A stretch of 64,000 nt of DNA from an uncultured Rivularia sp. Lineage in GTDB: Bacteria > Cyanobacteriota > Cyanobacteriia > Cyanobacteriales > Nostocaceae. Within the stretch, counting starts at the first letter, position 1; each line of letters begins with the position of its first letter. The translations under genes and the position numbers were made by a program. Below the pieces are notes generated by a model that searched no databases, had not been told where the DNA came from, and worked only from the letters and a program-made list of their open reading frames with translations. Location: NCBI GenBank assembly GCA_963665115.1, contig OY762007.1:6592001-6656000 (forward strand), given 5' to 3'. Shown here piece after piece: positions 52,975 through 63,237 of the stretch.

Positions 52975-53781
52975 TTAAATAATTTTTGTCCACAATAACC
53001 TTCGGAGGCGGGAAAATAGGTTGTCTTGGGACGAGTCAAAATCAATAAAATCTACCGTTTCCCCTTCCATTCTACGAGCAATGTTATCGTAAGCCGTGGC
53101 AGCTAAAGAAGGATTTTCGGATAAAACCAGAGGTTCGCCACGGTTGGTAGAAACAATTACCCGCTCGTCGTCGGGAATTACCCCAATTAAAGGAACTGCT
53201 AGAAGTTCCTGGACATCCTGCACAGACATCATATCATTTAACCGAATCATTGCGGGTTTTATCCGGTTAATTATTAAGTGGATTTTCTTTACCCCTTGTG
53301 CTTCTAATAACCCAACTACCCGGTCAGCATCACGGACTGCTGCTATTTCGGGAGTTGTGACAATTAAAGCTTCTTTTGCTGGAGCGATCGCATTTTTGAA
53401 ACCCATTTCGATTCCAGCGGGGCTATCGATAATGATGTACTGATATTTCTGCGCTAAAGCATTAACCAGTAACTTCATTTGATCGGGTGTGACAGCTTCT
53501 TTGGTGCGATTCTGTGCCGCAGGTAGCAGCACTAAATTGGGTTGTCGCTTATCTTTGACTAAGGCTTGTTCCAAACGACATTCCCTAGCCAAAACTTCCA
53601 GCGCAGTGTAAACAATGCGGTTTTCAAGCCCCAACAACAAATCCAAATTTCGCAGACCAAAATCAGCGTCAACTAATGCAACTTGACGACCAAGTTTGGC
53701 TAAAGCCATACCAAGATTGGCTGTAGTAGTGGTTTTTCCTACTCCTCCCTTACCGGAGGTAATGACAACAATTCGGGTCAT
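52975..53781 (-). CDS. minD: Septum site-determining ATPase
   Basis: TSGKGGVGKTT, DFGLRNLD, DSPAGIE, AVRDADRV. Confidence 0.97.
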   Translation of the reverse strand: MTRIVVITSGKGGVGKTTTTANLGMALAKLGRQVALVDADFGLRNLDLLLGLENRIVYTALEVLARECRLEQALVKDKRQPNLVLLPAAQNRTKEAVTPDQMKLLVNALAQKYQYIIIDSPAGIEMGFKNAIAPAKEALIVTTPEIAAVRDADRVVGLLEAQGVKKIHLIINRIKPAMIRLNDMMSVQDVQELLAVPLIGVIPDDERVIVSTNRGEPLVLSENPSLAATAYDNIARRMEGETVDFIDFDSSQDNLFSRLRRLLWTKII

Positions 53782-53880
53782 GATTACGAAAGCGCTCGTG
53801 ATGGCATTGCAAAATATATTAGTAGTTAGTTGTTAGTTGTTAGTTGTTAGTTGTGAGAACTAATAACTAATAATTAATAA

Positions 53881-54951
53881 CTAATAACTAATTCGAGAAA
53901 AATCATTAGCGTTGGTGATGCGGATTCCCTGTGTCGTTATATACGCGACCTCAGCATATGGCTGCGTAGGCGATTTTTCTGGTGCCCTAGCCAAAGCATT
54001 GGCAATTCGCAATTGGGTTGGTTCCATTTGTAAAGCCATAATTGTGCATTCGCTGTTTCCTTGGGCACCCGCATGAGCAACCCCACGCAAGCGACCCCAA
54101 ATTAGAATATCGCCATCTGCGACTACAATACCACCAGGATTTACATCTCCCAAGATAATTACGCTACCTCTATGACGAATTTCTACACCAGAACGCACGG
54201 TGGTTTCCATGTAAAGTGGTTCTGCTGGGGGTAAGTTAGCCTTCTCAGATTCAAACGAAAAAGCCGTTTTCGGCTGCAATTGCTCTACAGAATAACCAGC
54301 ACCCGCAGCTGCGATCGCAGTTTGACGACGACTGGTACCAACGGATTTTAGCTGCAAAGACAATTCGCTTAAGGTATCGGCTATGTCTTGTAGCTGTCTG
54401 CTATCAAGTAAACGGTCGTATGCAACCAAATGTACGCTTATCTTCGAGGAAAAAAAGCGTTTTTGGGCTAAAAGCCGCAATTTCATTTGTTGCCAAATTT
54501 CAGACCAGCTGTACTCGGATACAGAAGCTTCCGATACAGTTGGTAAAGTTAACACCAATCTATCTTTCTCGCTTCTGATTTCTACCTGTATTTTTTGATG
54601 AGCCGCATTTTCTAATAACGGTTTATCAATGCTTATCTGATTATCAATTTGTTCAACCGCAGCATTTTCCTTGATGTTTGTTGGTTCGGAAACCGATCGA
54701 TCTAAAGTCACATGAGAATTTTCTTCATCGCTAGCTCGCTCAGAGACATCTTGATGGAGATTAACAGTAGAATTATCTTCAGCAGTAGTTTGATTAGAAA
54801 CTACTGCTGAAGAAACATTTACATTATTTGGACTGGATATAAAAGTCACTTCTGTCACAGTAGACTCCTCATCCGAACTAGTAACTTTGGAGTCTGTCTC
54901 AGAAACATCATTGTGAGAATTAAGATCTGGGATAGCTTCTTCAGAAGTCAT
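53881..54951 (-). CDS. minC: Septum site-determining protein with an acidic N-terminal extension
   Basis: TVRSGVEI...GDVNPGG.VVADGDILIWGRLRGVAHAGA; first gene of minCDE. Confidence 0.95.
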   Translation of the reverse strand: MTSEEAIPDLNSHNDVSETDSKVTSSDEESTVTEVTFISSPNNVNVSSAVVSNQTTAEDNSTVNLHQDVSERASDEENSHVTLDRSVSEPTNIKENAAVEQIDNQISIDKPLLENAAHQKIQVEIRSEKDRLVLTLPTVSEASVSEYSWSEIWQQMKLRLLAQKRFFSSKISVHLVAYDRLLDSRQLQDIADTLSELSLQLKSVGTSRRQTAIAAAGAGYSVEQLQPKTAFSFESEKANLPPAEPLYMETTVRSGVEIRHRGSVIILGDVNPGGIVVADGDILIWGRLRGVAHAGAQGNSECTIMALQMEPTQLRIANALARAPEKSPTQPYAEVAYITTQGIRITNANDFSRISY

Positions 54952-55204
54952 GCAACACCATCCAAAAAGCGAACATTAAGCAATTATCAAACATTTAACA
55001 TTGGAAATTACAATTCCTGCATATTTAACCTGTATGATGTATCACTAATAACAATTCACACACATTAAAGATGTTTGGTTAATTGACGCACTACAATAGC
55101 ATTAAATGCAGGCATTTTAGATAATTATTTTTTATTCACGTAAAAATGCGAACTTCTCATGCATTGAAAAACTAATGGCGGTATGTGGGAAATATTATCA
55201 AACC

Positions 55205-56530
55205 TCAGTTTAAATTTTTACTTAACCTTTGGTAAACGGTAGAGACAGCATCCGCATCACCAACATTACCTGGAAATAGCACCACTGGTAAATTAGGAAA
55301 CTGGGGATGATTCTCCGGAGTACGCACCATCGAAACACCAGCGAGAATTTGACCGAGCAAACGCGCTGTTTTCAAAGCCAAACCATTACTTAAAACATCG
55401 TTAGAAGTAATACCTCCCTTACTAATTAAAAATCCGATATCCTCAGGTAAATTCCGCACGACATCCATTAATAAAGCTGAAACCTTAGCTCCAAATTGCA
55501 ATCGCGTATCAATATCCTCAAAAGTTAATTCCTGACGGCTGGTATAAACTACTGGTGTGTTGCCAGCATTATGTGCTTCACGAACATTTTTGAGTATATC
55601 GGGTAGCAGTGTAGCAGATTGATTCTCATTATCAAGTAACTTGGCTACATCTACTTCGATTCCGACAATACCTTTTGTCTGTAAAAGTACTTCGAGTTGT
55701 TGGGTAGTTTTTTTAACGTGAGAACCAACTATTATCGCTCCCGGTTTACCCGTAATTACATATTCAGCCATGTTTTCCGAGGAAACTGGTTGGGGAGGAA
55801 GTGCAGCCAAAGCAGTTAAAATACTTGCAGCAGAACGAAATAGAAAGCGCTTTCCCTGACTTGCTGCCGTTAACACATCTTCAGCGAACTTATCTAAATC
55901 GGCTTGCGTTTCACCATCGACAACACCACATTGATTGCCGCTGAGCTTCATCAATCGTTCCAGGCTACCACCGCGAATGTCATCAAGTAAAAATCTTTCT
56001 ACATTGGAGGCAGCAATGCGCCCTTGGGTTTTTTCCTCTACATACTTGGGTAAATAACTGTGATTATAGGCAAATACCGAATCGCGAGCGAATTCAGTTT
56101 CATGAACTGCAACGGGGGCACCCTGCATCATTAAGTAATGTATGCTGTCGCGAGTAATACGCCCTCCTTCAAAAAACGCCGGTACCAAGAAATGAGCATC
56201 AAAAGGGCCTAATTCTTCAGCAATAACATCAGTTTCAATTGGATAATGTCCCCGTAAAGTTGAGTCACTACGACTAACAACTAGAAAATCCTCGATTTTT
56301 TCGGCATCTATTGCCAATTTCAAGTTATGACAAGCTTCTTTAGTCACAGATGCAGCTTTTTCTGGAGTTAAGGCTCTAGTATTAGTTAAAACAAAAAAAA
56401 TCGGTGAATCATCTTGTAACCCCAAACGCAAAGTATCCACATCCCACTGCATTAATAACAAGCAACCGTGGACAGTTTGAGAACCCGTTGGATCGTCATC
56501 GAGAACAATTATTTTTGGTTTTGTAGCCAT
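55205..56530 (-). CDS. Four-carbon acid sugar kinase family protein (DUF1537)
   Basis: IVLDDDPTGSQTVH, SRSDSTLRGH, ISKGGITS, FPGNVG. Confidence 0.88.
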   Translation of the reverse strand: MATKPKIIVLDDDPTGSQTVHGCLLLMQWDVDTLRLGLQDDSPIFFVLTNTRALTPEKAASVTKEACHNLKLAIDAEKIEDFLVVSRSDSTLRGHYPIETDVIAEELGPFDAHFLVPAFFEGGRITRDSIHYLMMQGAPVAVHETEFARDSVFAYNHSYLPKYVEEKTQGRIAASNVERFLLDDIRGGSLERLMKLSGNQCGVVDGETQADLDKFAEDVLTAASQGKRFLFRSAASILTALAALPPQPVSSENMAEYVITGKPGAIIVGSHVKKTTQQLEVLLQTKGIVGIEVDVAKLLDNENQSATLLPDILKNVREAHNAGNTPVVYTSRQELTFEDIDTRLQFGAKVSALLMDVVRNLPEDIGFLISKGGITSNDVLSNGLALKTARLLGQILAGVSMVRTPENHPQFPNLPVVLFPGNVGDADAVSTVYQRLSKNLN

Positions 56531-56548
56531 TTTTTAGTTAGATTAAAA

Positions 56549-57214
56549 CTATTTGGGCGACTGTAACTTTCTTATTTGAGATTGAACATCAACAGCAATC
56601 TGCAAAGATTGATTAAGAAGTTGGGCATATTCGCCAGCTTCCGTACTAACTTGCAAAGCTTGCAGATTGGCTAAATTGTTAACAAATAAATCTTGATTGT
56701 TCGCAAGTAACTTTTTATTATCCCGTAAAATTCGTTCCGTTTTCAAAGCTCGTACCAAATCTTCTCGAATTAGTTGTAATGCGCCAATAACTTTATCTCT
56801 ATCATTAATATTACTTTGCGTATTTCCCGCTGTATCCAATTGGTCGTTAAGATCGATAGCTTGGATAACTTCGTGATATTCATCAACTTCATCCAAAAGT
56901 TTTGTCAGCGATTTTGGACAATTTCGTCGTCGTAAAAACCCCCGTACTAATATCACCATGACTGGTACTAAAGATAACAATATTAATCCGATAGAAATTG
57001 AGGAACCGATTGTAGGTAAAATAATAAATGCATAAATAAAACCAACAAAAATAGGAGTAAACGCTAAGGCTGTAATTACTTCATTCATGAAAAAAGCAAA
57101 TCGTTTTTCGCGATTTTTTAGAATCGAAGGGCGAAATACATCTTCTGGATCGACTCCCGTTAAGCGTCTTAATTCACCTTTAGTAATTTCTAAACCGATT
57201 AAATCTGGCTGCAC
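56549..57214 (-). CDS. Hypothetical two-TM, coiled-coil protein
   Basis: 221-aa ORF with a GTG start, co-oriented with the downstream kinase gene. Confidence 0.75.
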   Translation of the reverse strand: MQPDLIGLEITKGELRRLTGVDPEDVFRPSILKNREKRFAFFMNEVITALAFTPIFVGFIYAFIILPTIGSSISIGLILLSLVPVMVILVRGFLRRRNCPKSLTKLLDEVDEYHEVIQAIDLNDQLDTAGNTQSNINDRDKVIGALQLIREDLVRALKTERILRDNKKLLANNQDLFVNNLANLQALQVSTEAGEYAQLLNQSLQIAVDVQSQIRKLQSPK

Positions 57215-57378
57215 TGGGGGATATTCTCCTATTTATGGGTTGTGTATTTTAAGAATACCTGGCGAATTAATTCGCGGCTACACAAACGAAACCCACCTAT
57301 GTCCTAACGGACACGCTGCGCTAACGTGGGTTTAATTAATTCTGGAGTCAGCATTTCAAGTAAATACATATCAATTAT

Positions 57379-57404
57379 GTAGAGACGTTGCACTGCAACG
57401 TCTC
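57379..57404. repeat. GTAG-type REP-like palindrome
   Basis: GTAGAGACGTTGCACTGCAACGTCTC; variant GTAGAGACGTAGCACTGCTACGTCT at 63170-63194 shows a compensatory T-A/A-T swap. Confidence 0.7.
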
Positions 57405-57572
57405 CCCGCATTTTGATTATTATCGAGAATTTAGAAAATAGTATTAACTATAAAGCTACAAGAAACGAGTTTGTATTTTCGGAATATATTCTCTGCTATT
57501 TTTAAAATAATTTAATCAAGACGAATCTGTTAGTATTTACCTAAATACAGCTACTATCAAATCTCTGTTGGT

Positions 57573-60500
57573 ATGAGCATAAATCAGAAAAAAGCATCAA
57601 ATTCAAAAGCAAATCGCGCTTTACAATTATTTATTGACAGGCATCATTTAATCAAACATTTTGCAAAATATATTAATAATGAGCCAGTTACAGAGAAAAT
57701 TCTGTATTTTTATGGCGATGGTGGTAATGGTAAATCTTTGTTACTCAAGTATTTAAGGACAAAATGTTGCAATAGATTCGATCAAAAAATATGGCAGCAA
57801 ATAATACATCAAAAAGATTTTAAATTATTAGCTAGTGATATTGCAATTCCTAATAATAATGATTTTGTTCGAGTACCAGCAGTATTACATGATTTTGGCT
57901 CACCACCCATTGATGACGATAAACCCCAAGATTTATTTTATGGGTTGTTGATGTTACGCCGAAATATTGGTATTGAGGCGAATGACTCAAAATATAAGTT
58001 GAAATATAAGCTGCGTTTTCCTTTGTTTGATTTTGCTTGCGTTTGGTATCTGCATCAAAAGCATCAACTCTCAAAAGATAGATGGAAAGAACTTTTTCCC
58101 GAAGAAGAATTTGAATTTACCATGCAGATTGTTGATACTTTGAGTAACACATCTTGGGGACAAATTGCTGATGTGGTGCTTGATGTGTTGATGAAATATT
58201 CTGGTAAAAATCTCTACGTAATGTTTCAGCAGCGAAGGTTGACAAAAGAAAACATCGAAGAAATTCGGGATATGGATGTAGACACCGAATTAATTTTCCA
58301 GTTACCAAGATTGCTAGCTCAAGATTTAAATTCAGCAATGTCTGAGAAAGATTCACCTGAAAGACTTGTATTGTTTTTTGATACTCATGAGGCTTTTTGG
58401 GGTAGTCAGCGGGATGTTGGAGATTACCGCTATTTTCAACAAGATAAGTGGTTGCGGTATTTTTTGGCAGAGTTGGAATTTTCACATGGAATTATGGTTG
58501 TGGTTGCGGGAAGAGAAGTACCTCGTTGGCAAGATGCTGATGAATATGATATTCCCCAAAAGTTTTTGGATACCCAATTAGTAAATCATCTTGCAGAAAC
58601 TGATGCTCGCGAGTATCTACGCAGAGCGGGAATTAGCAACCGGGATTTTCAGCAGAATGCGATTGATTACTCTAGCGCTAGGGAAAATCAAGTTCATCCG
58701 TTTTTATTGGGTTTGTGTGCGGATGTGATTTTGCAGGGAAACCAGGGGTTAAACGAACTCGATCTTAATGCTGATTTTGCGGATAAAGCTAAACAATTAA
58801 TTAACCGTTTGCTGAAATATGCAGATAGAGAAATTAATTATGCGGTACAGGCTTTAAGTGCTTGTCGTGGTTTTAATTATGATATTTACGAATTGCTAGG
58901 AAAAGAATTAAAATTTAAAACTAGCAAGCCTAGCTTTAATATCCTGACAGAATTTTCCTTTGTTTGGGAAGCGCAACGGGGTGAAGATTGGTATCGTATT
59001 CATGATTTATTGCGACGGTTGAATTATGAGGAAGATAACCAAACTACCCGACAAGCTCATGAGGTATTAGAGAAATATTACCGCGAACAAGGGGAAATCG
59101 CAGAAGCAATTTATCATGCTAACCGTTTGGATTGGGAGCGGGGTATTGATGAATGGGTTAATGAGTTTGATGAAACATTAAAATTGAGTCGCTATGATGA
59201 ATGTCGCGTTTTATTGGAAATTAGAAATGAGTTAGTTATTCAAAGCGATTTTCAATTAGGTAGTGTCTCGCAGTCTGAAGGTGATTACTTCGCGACATTG
59301 GCTCAACATCAGCAAGCAGAAAAAGAATATTTAGAAGCCGTAGAATCCTACAACCAAGCACTTAATCGCGCTCCCGATGATATTTCTGCTCACAATAATA
59401 AAGGAAACGCTTTAGCAAGTTTAGGGGATTTACAAGCAGGTTTATCACAACATCAAGATGCGTTAAATTCCTACACCCAAGCGATCGCATCCTACGACGA
59501 AGCACTCAATCGCGCTCCCGATTATATAAATGCTCACAATAATAAAGGACTAGCTTTACAAAGTTTAGGGAATTTACAAGCAGGTTTATCACAGCATCAA
59601 GATGCGTTAAATTCCTACACCCAAGCGATCGCATCCTACGACGAAGTACTTAATCGCGCTCCCGATGATATAAATGCTCACAATAATAAAGGAATCGCTT
59701 TAAAAAGTTTAGGGGATTTACAAGCAGGTTTATCACAGCATCAAGATGCCTTAACTTCCTACACCCAAGCGATTCGCATCCTACGACGAAGCACTCAATC
59801 GCGCTCCCGATGATATTTATGCTCACAATAATAAAGGAAACGCTTTACTAAGGTTAGGGAATTTACAAGCAGGTTTATCACAGCATCAAGATGCGTTAAA
59901 TTCCTACACCGAAGCAATTGCATCCTACGACGAAGCACTTAATCGCGCTCCCGATTATATTTATGCTCACAATAATAAAGGACTAGCTTTACAAAGTTTA
60001 GGGGATTTACAAGCAGGTTTATCACAGCATCAAGATGCGTTAAATTCCTACACCCAAGCAATCGCATCCTACGACGAAGCACTCAATGGCGCTCCCGATG
60101 ATATTTATGCTCACAATAATAAAGGAAGCGCTTTAGCAACTTTAGGGGATTTACAAGCAGGTTTATCACAGCATCAAGATGCCTTAAATTCCTACACCGA
60201 AGCAATTGCATCCTACGACGAAGCACTTAATCGCGCTCCCGATTATATTTATGCTCACAATAATAAAGGACTAGCTTTACAAAGTTTAGGGGATTTACAA
60301 GCAGGTTTATCACAGCATCAAGATGCGTTAAATTCCTACACCCAAGCAATCGCATCCTACGACGAAGCACTCAATGGCGCTCCCGATGATATTTATGCTC
60401 ACAATAATAAAGGAAACGCTTTACAAAGATTAGGGGATTTACAAGCAGGTTTATCACAGCATCAAGATGCGTTAAATTCCTACACCCAAGCAATCGCATC

Positions 60501-61461
60501 CTACGACGAAGCACTCAATGGCGCTCCCGATGATATTTATGCTCACAATAATAAAGGACTAGCTTTACAAAGTTTAGGGGATTTACAAGCAGGTTTATCA
60601 CAGCATCAAGATGCCTTAACTTCCTACACCGAAGCAATTGCATCCTACAACCAAGCACTCAATCGCGCTCCTGATTATATTCAAATTCACAATAATAAAG
60701 GACTCGCTTTACTAAGTTTAGGGGATTTACAAGCAGGTTTATCACAGCATCAAGATGCCTTAACTTCCTACACCCAAGCAATTGCATCCTACGACGAAAT
60801 ACTCAATCGCGCTCCCGATCATATTTCTGCTCACGGTAATAAAGGAAACGCTTTACTAAGTTTAGGGGATTTACAAGCAGGTTTATCACAGCATCAAGAT
60901 GCCTTAACTTCCTACACCCAAGCGATCGCATCCTACAACCAAGCACTCAATCGCGCTCCCGATCATATTTCTGCTCACGGTAATAAAGGAAACGCTTTAC
61001 TAAGTTTAGGGGATTTACAAGCAGGTTTATCACAGCATCAAGATGCGTTAAATTCCTACACCCAAGCGATCGCATCCTACGACGAAGCACTCAATGGCGC
61101 TCCCGATTATATAAATGCTCACAATAATAAAGGACTTGCTTTAGCAAGTTTAGGGAAATTACAAGCAGGTTTATCACAGCATCAAGATGCCTTAAATTCC
61201 TACACCCAAGCGATCGCATCCTACAACCAAGCACTCAATCGCGCTGCCGATGATATTTATGCTCACAATAATAAAGGAGTCGCTTTAGCAAGTTTAGGGG
61301 AATTACAAGCAGGTTTATCCCAGCAAGAAGAAGCAATAAAAAACTACGAAGCAGCATTAGCAGAGTTTAATCTTTCGTTAGAAATTGCACCAAATGATGA
61401 AAAAGTTAGAAATATAAGAGATGAGTTGCAAGAATTATTAGATAGTCTCAAGTCAACTTAA
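57573..61461 (+). pseudogene. P-loop (STAND/AAA_16-like) NTPase with 14 TPR-like repeats; +1 frameshift at 59773-59774
   Basis: YFYGDGGNGKS, LVLFFDTHE, VVAGRE, HPFLL, YRIHDLLR. Removing one T from GCGATTCGC gives one 1295-aa ORF ending at TAA 61459-61461. Confidence 0.8.
59334..61323 (+). repeat. Coding tandem repeat, 144-bp unit x14
   Basis: The GCTCACAATAATAAAGGA marker (or a close variant) recurs at 59388, 59532, 59676, 59821 ... 61261; spacing 144 except one of 145. Confidence 0.95.
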
Positions 61462-61488
61462 AATACGAGATTATATTTATAGGTTGTT

Positions 61489-61517
61489 GTTGGGTAACAT
61501 ACGTCAACCCAACCTAC
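61489..61517 (-). repeat. Compact GTAG REP
   Basis: Minus strand GTAGGTTGGGTTGACGTATGTTACCCAAC; same family as 35751-36006. Confidence 0.7.
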
Positions 61518-61669
61518 TGAAACTCTTCTAAATACAGTTCTGTCGCTTCTTTAAGATTACTAATAGCCTCTTCTACCGTTTCTCCTTGACTAGCTGTTCC
61601 TACTTCAGGACATTCAGCCACATACACATCTTCTTCCCAATAAATCACTGCGGTAAAAATTTTATTCAT
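61514..61669 (-). CDS. HicB-family (UPF0150) antitoxin-like protein, 51 aa, probably truncated
   Basis: MNKIFTAVIYWEEDVYVAECPEVGTASQGETVEEAISNLKEATELYLEEFQ; below the ORF-track size cutoff. Confidence 0.8.
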   Translation of the reverse strand: MNKIFTAVIYWEEDVYVAECPEVGTASQGETVEEAISNLKEATELYLEEFQ

Positions 61670-61750
61670 TGCATTCTCAAATCGTTACGTATCGTCTCAG
61701 GCTTTATTTTCCGCTCTATAAACTTAATTTAGTAACTCTGTAAAATAGCT

Positions 61751-61966
61751 GTGCGGATATCAACCAAGTTACTAGAAATTAACCGCTCTATCCGTGACTT
61801 ATCCCTAGAAGAACAAATGTGGCTTTTAGAAAGTTTAGTCAAGAATTTGCGAAAGAAGACAAATACAAATTCTTTTCCATTAAATCAAGATATCGAAAAA
61901 GAAATGGCTGCAATGGCGAACGATAGTGATATTCAAGTTGAGATTGCTGCTATTGATGTTAATTGA
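61751..61966 (+). CDS. Small hypothetical protein (antitoxin-like)
   Basis: IRDLSLEEQMWLLESL...MAAMAND.DIQ.EI; no toxin gene follows, a MITE lies there instead. Confidence 0.55.
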   Translation: MRISTKLLEINRSIRDLSLEEQMWLLESLVKNLRKKTNTNSFPLNQDIEKEMAAMANDSDIQVEIAAIDVN

Positions 61967-61990
61967 TATTTTTAAAAATTACTGCAATAA

Positions 61991-62180
61991 GGGACTTTTA
62001 AAAAATAATTTATCCTTCATAAGTAGTGCGTTAGCCGCACCTCCGGTGAACGCGCTTAGCGGAGCGTACCGTAGGTATTGCGTGTCCGTAAGGACATACA
62101 TTTTGCTCGCTGTATGTCTCAAGCGAGCAAGATGCTCGCACTACCTAATGTTTTCCGGAGATATCTAATTTGGAAATCCT
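61991..62180. mobile_element. MITE family A, copy 2
   Basis: TAA|GGGACTTTTAAAAAATAATTTATCC...GGAAATCCT|TAA; contains an inverted REP pair with nested GC-rich hairpins. Confidence 0.65.
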
Positions 62181-62190
62181 TAAATACTTA

Positions 62191-62304
62191 TACCGTTTCT
62201 TTATAAAGATGCGCTTAATTCAGCCCACGCAGGTGGGCTTTGTTTGGGTAGCCCCACTCTTCGAGAGTGAGGGTGATTTAGTGCAGCCTCATATAGAATT
62301 GGTA
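62191..62304. mobile_element. MITE family B, 114 bp, copy 2
   Basis: TTA|TACCGTTTCT...AGAATTGGTA|TTA. Confidence 0.85.
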
Positions 62305-62527
62305 TTACACAAAATTAATAATTCCCGATAACTCCCACCCTTACCCACCATCTCTCTATAACCTCTTCCCTCAGCGCCCTCAGCGCCTCTGCGGTTATTT
62401 ATACCTAACTCCCCCAAACATTTCAGAATGTTGCAAAAACTACATTATGAGAATTTGTAACAAATAATAGTGGTAAATCTGAATACTTTTTACTATCTAT
62501 TAACTATAGAGCCAGGGAGATAAATTT

Positions 62528-63133
62528 ATGACAGACGCTAATCAACAAACACCAATACAAACCTTTACTGCTAGTGAAGGCGTTCTCAAAACTAACAATA
62601 GTAATGCTACTACAATTAACATCCGTTCGGGTCCTTCGTTGAATCGTCAGGTGATTCACCAAGGAAAAAAGGGAGATAGGGTTAAAATTCTCGATCAAAA
62701 AAAACCTGCTGGGGATACTTATTCTTGGTATAAAGTCAAATTCGGTTCGGAAGCAGATGATATCGGTTGGGTACGTGAAGATGTAATCGAATTAACTTAC
62801 ACAAATCCTTCTTCTGCTTCAACATTATTACTTTTTGCAACCAACAGCAGAACAGTAAGAATTTATTCCGAAGAAAAGCAGATTTATATGAATGTTTACG
62901 ACAACCGCGCTGAAAAGACAGAATTATACGCCGTTGATGCTGCAAGATTGCCAAAAGTTGATGCAGAAAGTAAATTTAAAAGCTACGTTGCCATCAAAGA
63001 TAATACCGCTTACTATGTCAGGTTTATTCCTTTTGGTGAAGTAGATTTTATTGTTAATAACGCCACTAACGGTAATATTATCCTCAAAGAAAAAGGTTTC
63101 CGTGCAAGCGGTAGCGAATATCAGAACAATTAA
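62528..63133 (+). CDS. Bacterial SH3-domain protein
   Basis: INIRSGPS....I..GKKGDRVKIL.......WYKVKF......GWVREDVI. Confidence 0.8.
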   Translation: MTDANQQTPIQTFTASEGVLKTNNSNATTINIRSGPSLNRQVIHQGKKGDRVKILDQKKPAGDTYSWYKVKFGSEADDIGWVREDVIELTYTNPSSASTLLLFATNSRTVRIYSEEKQIYMNVYDNRAEKTELYAVDAARLPKVDAESKFKSYVAIKDNTAYYVRFIPFGEVDFIVNNATNGNIILKEKGFRASGSEYQNN

Positions 63134-63237
63134 CAATTATCAATTATCAATGAACATTCGATCGCTGATGTAGAGACGTAGCACTGCTACGTCTTTATCA
63201 ATATTTTGATAATTGATTATTGTTCATTGATAATTGA

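Noticed and set aside
59334..61323. CRISPR array
   Set aside because: Units are 144-bp in-frame coding repeats without unique spacers; no cas genes.
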